A stretch of DNA of 64,000 bases. Origin: Mobula hypostoma (taxonomy: Eukaryota). The notes beneath the pieces are model-generated. The model was not told the origin of the DNA and searched no databases. It saw nothing but the letters and a program-made list of their open reading frames with translations. Positions 51,900-62,748 of the stretch are shown in pieces. The position numbers and the translations under genes were made by a program. The stretch covers positions 245,460,001 to 245,524,000 of the forward strand of contig NC_086097.1 of the NCBI RefSeq assembly GCF_963921235.1, in the 5' to 3' direction. Positions within the stretch are counted from its first letter, which is position 1. Every line of letters begins with the position of its first letter.

Positions 51900-52915
51900 T
51901 TTGTCAAAGTACAATTTTGTGAGTGAAACACGTGAGAGTTGTTTTATGTGCTTAACAAAAGCTGCAGCCCTTCCATTACAAACAAACTGAAAGTAGTCAT
52001 CTTACAGTGACGTCATTATGTGAAACACCATCTCTTAAAGTAAACACAGCAGCTCAATGGCAATGTTTCTATTCTGAACAATATGTGCCATCTGTCACCC
52101 ATTGCGTTACCCTACACAGGCCACCCCCGCCCCCCCAGAACTCACCAAAATTGGCATTGTGAGTCTGTCTGGAGCTCGTACAAGATGCCCAGCTCAGATT
52201 CTGTGTGTCTTGGTTGGAGTAACAGCAGATGCCTCTGGCTCATCCGGAGGGGTGCTGACACACACGTGGCCATGTCGTGATCGAGGCGGTATGCGAGAGG
52301 AACCACCCAGCTCCTGGTGAGCTGGTTTAATATATCTACAGAAGTGTGTTCAGGTTTACAATAAATGTCCTTTTGCCCTGTTCCACAATGTGGAAAAGGC
52401 CATCGTAAGGGGGTTTAAGGGGGTGTTGATGTGCATCACGGTGCACAAGATATGCATCAGATGGGCCACGGTTGCCGTGAGAAGTCAATGAAAACAACAA
52501 GAGTAGAGAGAAAGCAAATCTTTACTTGTTTACTTTTACTTGCAGACACTTTACAGGTTAAACCTATGTAGCAGAAACTAAATCCTCATGACTGTTTTGG
52601 TAGCAAATTCCTAAAGGGGTAAGAAAATGCATTCTCTTAATTTTAAAATGCTGACTCATCGCTATTCCTTGCACTGTTAAAGAGACCTTTATTTGGGAAT
52701 GGCTTTTCAGCGAGTGTATTTTCCTGTACACTGCAATAGTTGAGTCTGTTTTCGTCCATTTGTCTTACGGTCCGTTCACAGTATTTTTTGAGTGATTATC
52801 CAGTAACGTACATGCAGGGGCATAATGCCATGCTGAAGTTAAACAAACTTCCCCAGAAGTTGATTGTCTATTAACCCCTTCAGTGCTGCAATGAAGTAAA
52901 CGCCGGCAAAATATT
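51900..52915. promoter_or_regulatory. Candidate enhancer with a near-consensus GLI site
   Basis: TE-free; TGACGTCA 52008-52015, CACGTG 52263-52268, AACCACCCA 52301-52309 (8/9 to GACCACCCA). Confidence 0.38.
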
Positions 52916-52919
52916 AATA

Positions 52920-53308
52920 AACAGGAGAAAGTCTGCAGATGCTGGAAATCCAAAGCAACACACACAAAATGCTGCAAGAACTCAGCAGGCCAGGCAGCAT
53001 CTATGGAAAAGAATAAGCAGTCGACATTTCGGTCTGAGCCCCTTCCGCAGGACTGAAGTGGAAGGGAAAAGATGCCAGAATAAAAAAGGTAGGGTGGGGA
53101 GGGGTAAAAGGTGAAAGGTGAAGCCAGGTAGGTGGCAAAGGTAGAGGGATGGAGAGGAAGGGCATGTCCCAATGAGAATGGAAAGTGGAATTAAAATATT
53201 GGCCACTAGGAAATCCTGCTTGTGGCAGATGGAGCGGAAGTGCTTGACGAAGTGGTCCCAGAATTTATGATGGGTCTCCCAGTGTAGAAGAGGCTGTATC
53301 AGGAGCAG
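52920..53308 (-). mobile_element. Penelope-like element 3' fragment: GIY-YIG endonuclease remnant, 3' UTR and decayed hammerhead
   Basis: Minus-strand peptide ETHHKFWDHFVKHFRSICHKQDFLVAN resembles the PLE GIY-YIG segment YIGETxRxLxxRFxEHxRS; followed by a decayed hammerhead at 53018-53055 and the family tail. Confidence 0.75.
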
Positions 53309-55589
53309 TAGGGAGTTTGTTCTATTTTTATTTACTATAGTATAATGTTGTTTGCCATTGTTCACAACGGCATCAAATGTGTTTTGGTATTTAGTGTTGG
53401 ATTAGTGAATGTATAAAATCACGATCGGGTGAATGTACTCCATCTTTCTCCTAGATGGGGGTAACATGTGTTTAAGATGAGAGGGCAGAGATCTAATAGG
53501 GACCCAAGGGGCAAATTTTTTTTTCAAAAGATGGTATCTGTGTGGAATGAATCACTGAGATATATTGTGAAACGTGTTGGTTTGTGGCAGCAATACAATG
53601 GAATGCATAAAAAAAAACTCGAAACTACAATAAAGTGCCCTCGATGTAGCTGGCTGAGTCTATAAACTGTTTCCGGTCCTGTGCAGTGTCCCCCGCCCCC
53701 CCCCCCGGTCTCCCCACCCACCACACCAGACAGTGATGCAACCAGTCAGAATGCATCTGTACATCTGTACACCGTACATCTGTACAAATATGTGGGGAGG
53801 TTTTGATGGCATACAGAGAGTAGTCACCTTTACCACAGTTACTCATGTCAGCTATGTTATGAATGTATCAATTTTAATTTCTGTTCTGTTGAGACCAGTC
53901 ACATTTTAAGTCAAATGAACAATACAATGTAAAAAAGTGAGTGATATATATGATCTTATTGCCGGACAGATAATGCAGTAACCCAAACAAAAGGAAGTCA
54001 GTATTATCCATAAGATTTCTGAACATTGTCTAAGTACCCCATGCTATTAAATTTCTAGGTGTTACTAGTTAAGGGAACCTGCCATGGACCCAGCACGTAA
54101 GTGCAATTATGAAGAAAGCATGCCAGCAGTTCTATTTCCTTAGGAGTTTACGAAGATTTGACATGGCATATAAAACCGTGACAAACCTCTATATATGTGC
54201 GGTGGAGAATATATTGACTGGCTGCTTCGCAGGCCAGTATGGAAACACCAATGCCCTTGAATAGAAAATCCTACAAAAAGTAATGGATTGGGCCCAGTCC
54301 TTCAGGGTAAAGCACTCCTCACCATCGAGCACATCTACATGAAAACGACATCCATCAGGAGAGATCCCCACCGCCCAGGTCATGCTCCCTTTTGACTGCT
54401 GCCACAGGAGCCTCAGATTCACGCCACCAAGTTCAGCAACAGTTATTCCCTGGAACCATCAGGCTCCTGAACAAAAGAGGATAACTTCACTCAACTTCAC
54501 TTGCCCCCATCATTGAAATGTTCCCCCCACCAAAGGACTCACTTTCAAGGACTCCTCATCTCCTGTTCTCAATATTTATTGCTATTGATTTATATTTGCA
54601 TTTGCACAGTTTGTTGTCTTCTGCCCTCTGGTTTCTTTTTCACTGATCCTGTTTACAGTTACTATTCTATAGGTTTGTTGAGTATGCCCACAAGAAAATG
54701 AATCTCAGGGTTGCTTCTGGTGACGTAAATGTACTCTGATAATAAAATTTACCTTGAATTTTGAACTTTAAATTTACTTTGAACTTGTATTCCACCTTCC
54801 TCCAGATTCTTCTGGTAACTGCCCTGAGCAGTTTAGAAAAGTCCTCAGAACTTCAAGAATTAGTAATTACAGCTAACACACCCACTTGTTGGGCTTTTCA
54901 TTTAGAGATACAGGCCCTTCCGACCCAACGAGCTGCACCACCCAGCATCCCATCGATTTAAAACCACCGTAATCATGCGGAAATTTACAATGACCAACTA
55001 ATCTACTAAACGGTAGGGCTATGGACTGTAGGAGGAAACCAGAGCACCCTGAGGAAACACACATGGTTCACTGGGGGAACATACAAATTCCTTACTGGCA
55101 GCAGCGGGAATTGAACTCCAAACTCCGGAATTCCCAGAGCTGTAATAGCGTTGTGCTAACCCGTATGCTAGCATGACTGTTTTCTTTCCCTTCATTGTCT
55201 GTGACTTTGAAAGTTTGCCCAAGTACTTCGTTATTCCCTTTTCTCTTCTGAGTGTGTCCATTTACTTTTTTAAACATGAATGATGTAACTTCATATGATT
55301 TGGCTTTACATGTTGACTTGATTCTTGGCACTTCAGTGTTGACTTTCTAAAGCTTATGGGAAGGAGACTCCCTATATCCTGCCAGTTTACTGGGGTAGCT
55401 TTACTGGAATATAATCTGGTGATTATAGATGTAGGTTATAGTTATACCAAGTTAAAGCCACAGGGTTAGAATCCGGCTGAGCTTCAAACAAAGGGTAATT
55501 TTATACAGATGTGTCTGGGAATATTTTAATATCCATGATTGAGGAAAAACTCAGCAGTCACAAGGTAACTTTTGGAGTTAGATATGAGA

Positions 55590-57110
55590 ATTTTGAAGTC
55601 TACGACACAGACCTGAGAGGAATTCGGTTTCAAATTTGAAGGCAAAATGCAGGGTTAATGCATAACTCTTACCAGTGTGGAGGATCAGTGCGATCTTGGG
55701 GTCCATGCCAATAGGTCCCTCAAAGTTGCCACGCAAGTTGATAGTGTTGTTAAGCAGTGTGGCGTGTTAGCCTTCATTTAGTCAGGGGACTGAGTTCAAG
55801 AGCCACATGATAATGTTGCAGTTCCTGGTTAGAACACACTTGGAATAATGTGTTGGGTTCTGGTTGTCTCGTTTTAGGAAACTGTGTAAGTGTTAGAGAG
55901 GGTGCAGAGGAGATTTATCAGGATGCCGCCTGGACGAGAGACCATTTCTTTCATAGGTTCAGCGAGTTGGAGAGGGTACAGAGAAGATTCACTAGAATGA
56001 ATTATAGCGAGAGGATTCGAGTACAGGAGCAGGGAGGTACTACTGCAGTTGTACAAGGCCTTGGTGAGACCACACCTGGAGTATTGTGTGCAGTTTTGGT
56101 CCCCTAATCTGAGGAAAGACATCTTTGCCATAGAGGGAGTACAAAGAAGGTTCACCAGATTGATTCCTGGGATGGCAGGTCTTTCATATGAAGAAAGACT
56201 GGATGAACTGGGCTTGTACTCGTTGGAATTTAGAAGATTGAGGGGGGATCTGATTGAAACGTATAAGATCCTAAAGGGATTGGACAGGCTAGATGCAGGA
56301 AGATTGTTCCCGATGTTGGGGAGGTCTAGAACGAGGGGTCACAGTTTGAGGATAGAGGGGAAGCCTTTTAGGACCGAGGTTAGGAAAAACTTCTTCACAC
56401 AGAGAGTGGTGAATCTGTGGAATTCTCTGCCACAGCAAACTGTTGAGGCCAGTTCATTAGCTATGTTTAAAAGGAAGTTAGATATGGCCCTTGTGGCTAC
56501 AGGGGTCAGGGGGTATGGAGGGAAGGCTGGGTTCTGAGTTGGATGATCAGCCATGATCATAATAAATGGCGGTGCAGGCTCGAAGGGCCGAATGGCCTAC
56601 TCCTGCACCTATTTTCTATGTTTCTATGTTTCTATGATTCCGGGAATGAGAGGGTTAACATATGAGGAACGTTTGTCCGTTCTTGGACTGTACTCCTTGG
56701 AGTTTAGAAGAATGAGGGGAGACCTTATAGAAACATTTCGAATGTTGAAAGGCATGGACAGAGTGGATGTGGCAAAGTTGTTCCCCATGATGGGGAAGTC
56801 TAGTACGAGAGGGCATGACTTAAGGACTGAAGGGCGCCCATTCAGAACAGAGATGCGAAGAAATTTTTTTAGCCAGAGGGTGGTGAATCTATGGAAATTG
56901 TTGCCACAGGCAGCAGTGGAGGCCAAGTCATTGGGTGTATTTAAGGCAGAGATTGATAGGTATCTGAGTAGCCAGGGCATCAAAGGTTATGGTGAGAAGG
57001 CAGGGGAGTGGGACTAAATAGGAGAAAATGGATCAGCTCATGATAAAATGGCGGAGCAGACTCGATGGGCCGAATGGCCGACTTCTGCTCCTTTGTCTTA
57101 TGGTCTTATG
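55590..57110 (+). mobile_element. Stack of at least three co-oriented CR1 fragments (old 55590-56000, young 56003-56634, another subfamily 56633-57110)
   Basis: ORFs 56049-56537 and 56553-57017; tails (TTTCTATG)n and (GTCTTATG)n. Confidence 0.9.
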
Positions 57111-57779
57111 ATTTCAATATGGAGGTAGATAGGGAAATGGCAGAAATTTGAAAGCACTAGTGCAGTGCAAGATCAGACGTAGCATGTTTGAGGAAAAGTG
57201 AGGTCGAGGCATGGTCGAGATGGTGCCAGAGTGAATCGGAGCGAATCAGTGTGGGGGAGTTTCAGAGCCTGTCCACCTAAACCGGCTGCTCAGTTGGAAA
57301 GGTTGAGAACGGCCTTGGGCTGGGCGGTGGGGTACGGGCCCGGAGTGTATCGCTGCAGCAGGGCCCGGGGGCGAGAGTTGGGCTGGTTCTGCTCGGTTTT
57401 CTGCGACACTGACTCCCGTCTCTCTGTGGCACTGAGGCTGTGAGGCTGCTTCGGCTGCTACGTGCTTCGTGTCTGTGAGTTTCACCGTGATTTGCCCGGC
57501 TGTGTGAGGAACTGAGACTGATGCTGTGGGCCTACTCTGGTTATTCCAGACTCCGAGTCTATGGACTTAATTTGGATCGGAATGCTGTTGCTTGCTTCTA
57601 TTGTTTGCATGATTTGTGCTTTTTTTTCTCTTTCTCTGCACATTGGGGTTTGGTGATTTTTTAACTGGGTTCTTTCAGGTTTCTTGTTTTGTGGCTGCCC
57701 GTAAGCAGACAAATCTCAAGGTTGTATAATTTCTACACACTTTGATAATAAATGTACTTTGAATCCTTTGTACCAGAGG

Positions 57780-59392
57780 AGAGAAGTGAGCTTAGTTGCT
57801 ATTACTAGTGTAAGGGTGCTTGGGAAGCTGAAGGGTTTGAAGGTAGCTAAATCACTTGGAGCCGATGGACTTACACCCCAGGATCCTGAAAGAGTTGCTG
57901 AAGAGGTTGTGGGACATTAGTAATGGTCTTTCAAGAATCACTCTCTTCTGGAATGGTTCTAGAGGACTGGAAGAATTGCGAATTTTCCATCCCACTCCAC
58001 TCTTCAAGAAGGGAAGGAAGAAGCAGCCAGGAAATTATAGGCCAGTTGGCCTGACTTCAGGGGTTGGGAAGATGGTGGAGTCCATTATTAAGGATGAGGT
58101 TTCAGGGTGCTTGGAGGCAGCATGGTTTCCTTAAGGGGCAATCTTGCCTGACAAATCTGTTGGAATTCTTTGAGGAAATAACAAGCAGGGTAGACAAAGG
58201 AGAGGCAGTAAATGTTGTATACTTGGATTTGCAGAAGGCCTTTGATAAGGTGCCGCACATGAGGCTGCTTAACAAGATAAGAGCCCATAGTATTACAGGA
58301 AAGATACTGGCATGGATAAGAGATTGACTGATTGGCTGGAGGCAAAGAGTGAGAATAAAGGAGGCCTTTTCTGGTTGGTTGACAGTGACTATGGTGTACC
58401 ACAGGGGTTGGTATTGGGACCACTTCTTTTATTGTTACATGTCAATGATTTGGATGACAGTATTGATGGTTTTGTGGCTAAGTTTGCAGTTGATACAGAG
58501 GTAGATGGAGGGGCAGGCAGAGATGAGGAAGCAGCAGGACTACAGAAGGGCTTAGACAGATTGGGAGAATGGGCAAAGAAGTGGCAGATGGAATACAGTG
58601 TAGGAAAGTGTATGGTCATGCGCTTTGGTAGAAGGAATAAAGGTGTAGACTATTTTCTAAAGGCGAAGATAATTCAAAAATCAGAAGCGCAAAGGGACTT
58701 GGAAGTTCTCATGTAAGATTCCTTAAATGTTAACTTGCAGGTTGAGTAGGTGGTGAGGAGGTAAATGCCATGCTAACATTCATTTCAAGAGGACTAGAAT
58801 ACAAAAGCAAGGATGTATTGCTGAAGCTTTATGGTCAGAACACATTTGGAGTACTGTGAGCAGTTTTGGGCCTCTTATCTAAGAAAGATGTTCTGGGATT
58901 GGAGAGGGTACAGAAGAGGTTCATGAGAATTATTCCAGGAATGAAAAGATTAACGTACGAGGAGTGTTTGATTGCTGTGGGGCTTACTCGCTGTAGTTTA
59001 GTACAGTGAGTGGAGATCTCATTGAAACCTACCGAATATTGAAAGGCTGAGATAGAGTGGATGTAGAGAGAATGTTTCCTAAAGTACATGAGTCTAGGCA
59101 GGCAACTCCTCAGAATAGAGTGATGTTCATTTAGGACAGAGATGAGGAGGAATTTCTTTAGCCAGAGGGCAGTGAATCTATGAAATTCAATGCTACAATG
59201 GCTATGAAGCCCAAGTTGTTGATTACCTTTAAAGTGGGGGTTAGTAGGTTCTTGATTAATAAGGGTGTCGAAGGGTTACAGGGAGAAGGCAGGCGACTGG
59301 GGTTGAGAGTGATAATAAATCAGCCGTGATAGTATGGCAGAGCAGACTCGATGGGCCGAATGGCTCAATTCAGCTCCTGTGTCTATGGACTT
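57780..59392 (+). mobile_element. Older CR1 fragment spanning the RT domain to the 3' tail
   Basis: NYRPVGLTS, QHGFLKGQSCLTNL, YLDLQKAFDKVPH and GVPQGLVLGP motifs with frameshifts. Confidence 0.93.
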
Positions 59393-59543
59393 TATCTTAT
59401 TGTGTTTTTGTCTGAGCTGCATCAGATCCGGAGTAACAATTATTTCATTCTCCTTTACACTAGTGCATTGGAAATGACATTCAACAATCTTGAATACTGC
59501 CTGTCTGTTGTGACTTATTCTTTAGACTTCTTGTTAGATTGTA

Positions 59544-59845
59544 GGGCACCACGGCAGCATGGCAGTTAGCACGACGCTATTACAGCTGAGGGTGTCAGAG
59601 TTCGTAGTTCAATTCTGATGTCCTCTGTAAGAAAGTTTGTACATTCTCCCCGTGACTGCGTGGGTTTTCTCCGGGTACAGTACTCCAGATTCCTCCCTCA
59701 TTCCAAAGACGTACCGGTTGGTAGGTTAATTGGTCATTGTAAGTTGTTCCGTGATTAGGTTAGGGTTAAATCTGTGCGTTGCTGGGTGGCACGGTTTGGT
59801 GGGCCAGAAGGACCAGCTCCAAGCTGTTTCTCTAAATAAAATAAT
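59544..59845 (+). mobile_element. HE1-like V-SINE (elasmobranch)
   Basis: tRNA-like head, V-domain-like TTCTCCCCGTGACTGCGTGGGTTTTCTCCGG...TCCAAAGACGT, A-rich tail. Other copies near 5550-5750(+), 6345-6550(+), 10122-10375(-), 11488-12185(+, split by CR1), 21257-21560(+), 31482-31710(-), 44640-44850(+), 46190-46460(-), 54900-55170(-) and 61345-61575(-). Confidence 0.85.
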
Positions 59846-62570
59846 CATCTTAATGTTATTCTGAACCATTGTAAGCTGGTATACATATGGACTCACTTGC
59901 AAGGACTCTACAAATCACATTGTCAGCATTTATTTAAGATTACTATTATATTTATTATTTTTTGTTTTTCCCCCAATTTTTGCACATTGGTTGTCGGTCT
60001 TTATATGTAGTCTTTTATTGATTCTGTTGTATTTCTTTGGTCTACTAGGAATGCCTGCGAGAAAATGAATCTCAGAGTAGTACCCAGGAGTACGGGCAGG
60101 AACAGGCCATTCAGCCCACAGTCATGCTGACCCGGCTAAACAGCAAATCAAAAACACCCAAACACTAATCCCTCCTACCTACACCATGTCCATAATCCCT
60201 CCATCTTCCTCACATCCATATGCCTATCCAAACGTCTCTTAAAAGCCTCCAATATATATATGGTAGCACATAGATTAGATTAGATTCAACTTTATTGTCA
60301 TTGTGCCGAGTACAGATACAAAGCCAATGAAATGCATTTAGCATCTGACCAGAAATGCAAAGAATAGTGTTATTTACAAAGTAACTGCGAATAAAAAAAG
60401 TGCTACAGCACACAAATATAAAAGTACTGAGACAGTACAATACAGATGCAATACTGCTTAGTGCTGTGATGAGAGGTTCAGCAGTGTCACAGCCTCAGGG
60501 AAGAAGCTCTTCCTGTGCCTGCTGGTGCGGGAGTGGAGGCCCCTGTAGCGCCAACTGGATGGGAGCAGAGTAGAAAGTCCATGGTTAGGGTGAGGTGCAT
60601 CCTGATAATGCTTTTCGCCCTGCCCAGGCAGCGTTTATGGTACTGTACTTTGATAAAAAATTAATTTGAGCTTTGTATTTTGCACAAAACCAAAAACATC
60701 CCTATGCCTTTGCTCCAGCTGTCTCATCTCTGCTGTGATTTATATACCAGATTTCTTAATGCCTTTTATAAATAGTTTTTTTTCCTCGCAGAATCTTAAA
60801 TGTAGCTCATCAAGCAGATAGGGAGTCAAATAAAGCATTTAATTTTGTTTCATTCAAATGGGTTAAATCCTTAAAAAAGTCTGATTTTAAGAAGTTCTGT
60901 CTCGATAACAGTGCCTAAATCCTGCTCTTGCACATTTTAGTTTATTTACTACACTCCTGAGAGCAGGTTGTAAAAAATTACACCACGTATGTATTCATCA
61001 TTCATGATTTATTTTTCTGTGAGTACCGTCTTCCAGGTAATTTGCTTCCTTGCGAGGAAGTCAGGAGGTCATGGAGACAGCTGAGGCATCAGGTAAAACG
61101 AGAAAAGTCATATTTGTAACTTTTGTTAGATTCTGCATTTCAGTCATCCAATTTCACTGATTAGTGATGAGTCAGTTCAGAGCTACTGAAATCGAGGCTT
61201 CGTTACCATCTTGTTGTCTTCAGTCTGAGAGAGTGGATGATTCATAGTGTGGGGAGTGGAATTATCTTTATCACGCCACCTGTATCGTGAGATGGGTCAA
61301 ATTCAATCTCTGCTTTGCTCAGTAATCTTTATATATTGAGTGCAGCGTGGAATAGGCCCCTGCGTTTCTTCGAGCCTTGCCACCCAGCAATCCCCTGATT
61401 AAAACCCTAGCCTAATCACGGGACAGTTTACAATGACCAACCGGTACGTCTGGAATGCGGTAGAAAACCCACACGGTTATGGAGAGAACGTACAAACTCC
61501 TTACAGACAGTACCGGGAATTGAACCCTGGTCTCTGGCACTGTAAAGCGTTGTGCTAACCACTACACTGGCGTGCTGCTCCTTAACAAGGCTGGTTACAT
61601 TTTAACCCAATATAAATAGTACATATCTGAGGGAGTCAAGAAAGATTTGAAGGGTAATTTCTGATGTTTTCTGTCGTGTGAGAGTCTGGGACCAGAGGGC
61701 ACAGCCTCATAGTACACGGTTAGAACAGAGATGAGGAGGAGTTTCTTTAATCAGAGGGTAGTGAATCGATGGAATCTATTGCCACAGACGGCTGTGGAGA
61801 CCAAGTTGGAGAGTCCTTGACACTGAGGTCATAGGTTGTGAACTCAGTTCAGAGTTGAGGTAGGTGAAGTTATCCACGCCCATTCAGGAGCCTGATGGTT
61901 GATGGGTAATAACTATTCCTGAACCTGGTGGTGTGTGGCCTAAGACTCCTGTACCTTTTGCCCGATGGCAGCAATGAGAACAGAGCGTGGCCTGGGTGGT
62001 GGGGGCCCTTGATGAGGGGTTCCTTTCTTGTAGCAGTGCTCCTTTGTTGATGTGCTGAATGGTGGAGAGGGCATGGCCTGTGATCAGCTGGGCTGCATCC
62101 ATCACGTTTTGTACTTTCCCATTCTTGAGCACAGATGTATCCATACCAGGATGGTTGCAACCATTGAGGATACTCTCCAATGTAGGTGACATTTTGAATC
62201 TACATAAGGGGAGTGGAGGCATCTAAGAAGGCCTTGGTGGGAACTGGGACAAATGTTCTTCTGTCTGTGTGAGTCATTTTGTGTCTAAGGGAGTATAATG
62301 GAGAAAGGATGTTGTCAGATACATGGGTTACTACGACTACTACGACTAACCAATTTCCCCCAGGATCAATAAAGTATGACTACGACTACGACTAAGTTAT
62401 GACCAAAGGAAAAATGGCTGGAGTTCCTTAGCACTTTGGTGCAAGGGTGTTTATTAGGCGCGTCAAAAAACAAACTTACAAAAATTAAGAAAACCGTGAA
62501 AAGAAATCGGTCAATATTTACAAAAAGATATTTGCCAGAAAACAGAATAATAGCTCCACACTATTATAGT

Positions 62571-62748
62571 AACACACACAAAATGCTGGAGGAACTCAGC
62601 AGGCCGGGCTGCATCTATGGAGAAAGTACTGTTGATGTTTCGGGCCAAGGTGTCAACTGTACTTTTTTCCATGGATGCTGCCTGGCCTGCTGAGTTCCTC
62701 CAGCATTTTGTGTGTGTTGTTTGGATTCTTTCTTGTTGTGATTCAATT
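62571..62748. mobile_element. Penelope-derived fold-back element
   Basis: Inverted arms AACACACACAAAATGCTGGAGGAACTCAGCAGGCC / GGCCTGCTGAGTTCCTCCAGCATTTTGTGTGTGTT; 16-bp TSD TCCACACTATTATAGT at 62555-62570 and 62749-62764. Confidence 0.88.

Noticed and set aside
36126..59392. Intact autonomous LINE
   Set aside because: All CR1 and Rex/Babar copies are truncated or frameshifted; none contains a full ORF2.
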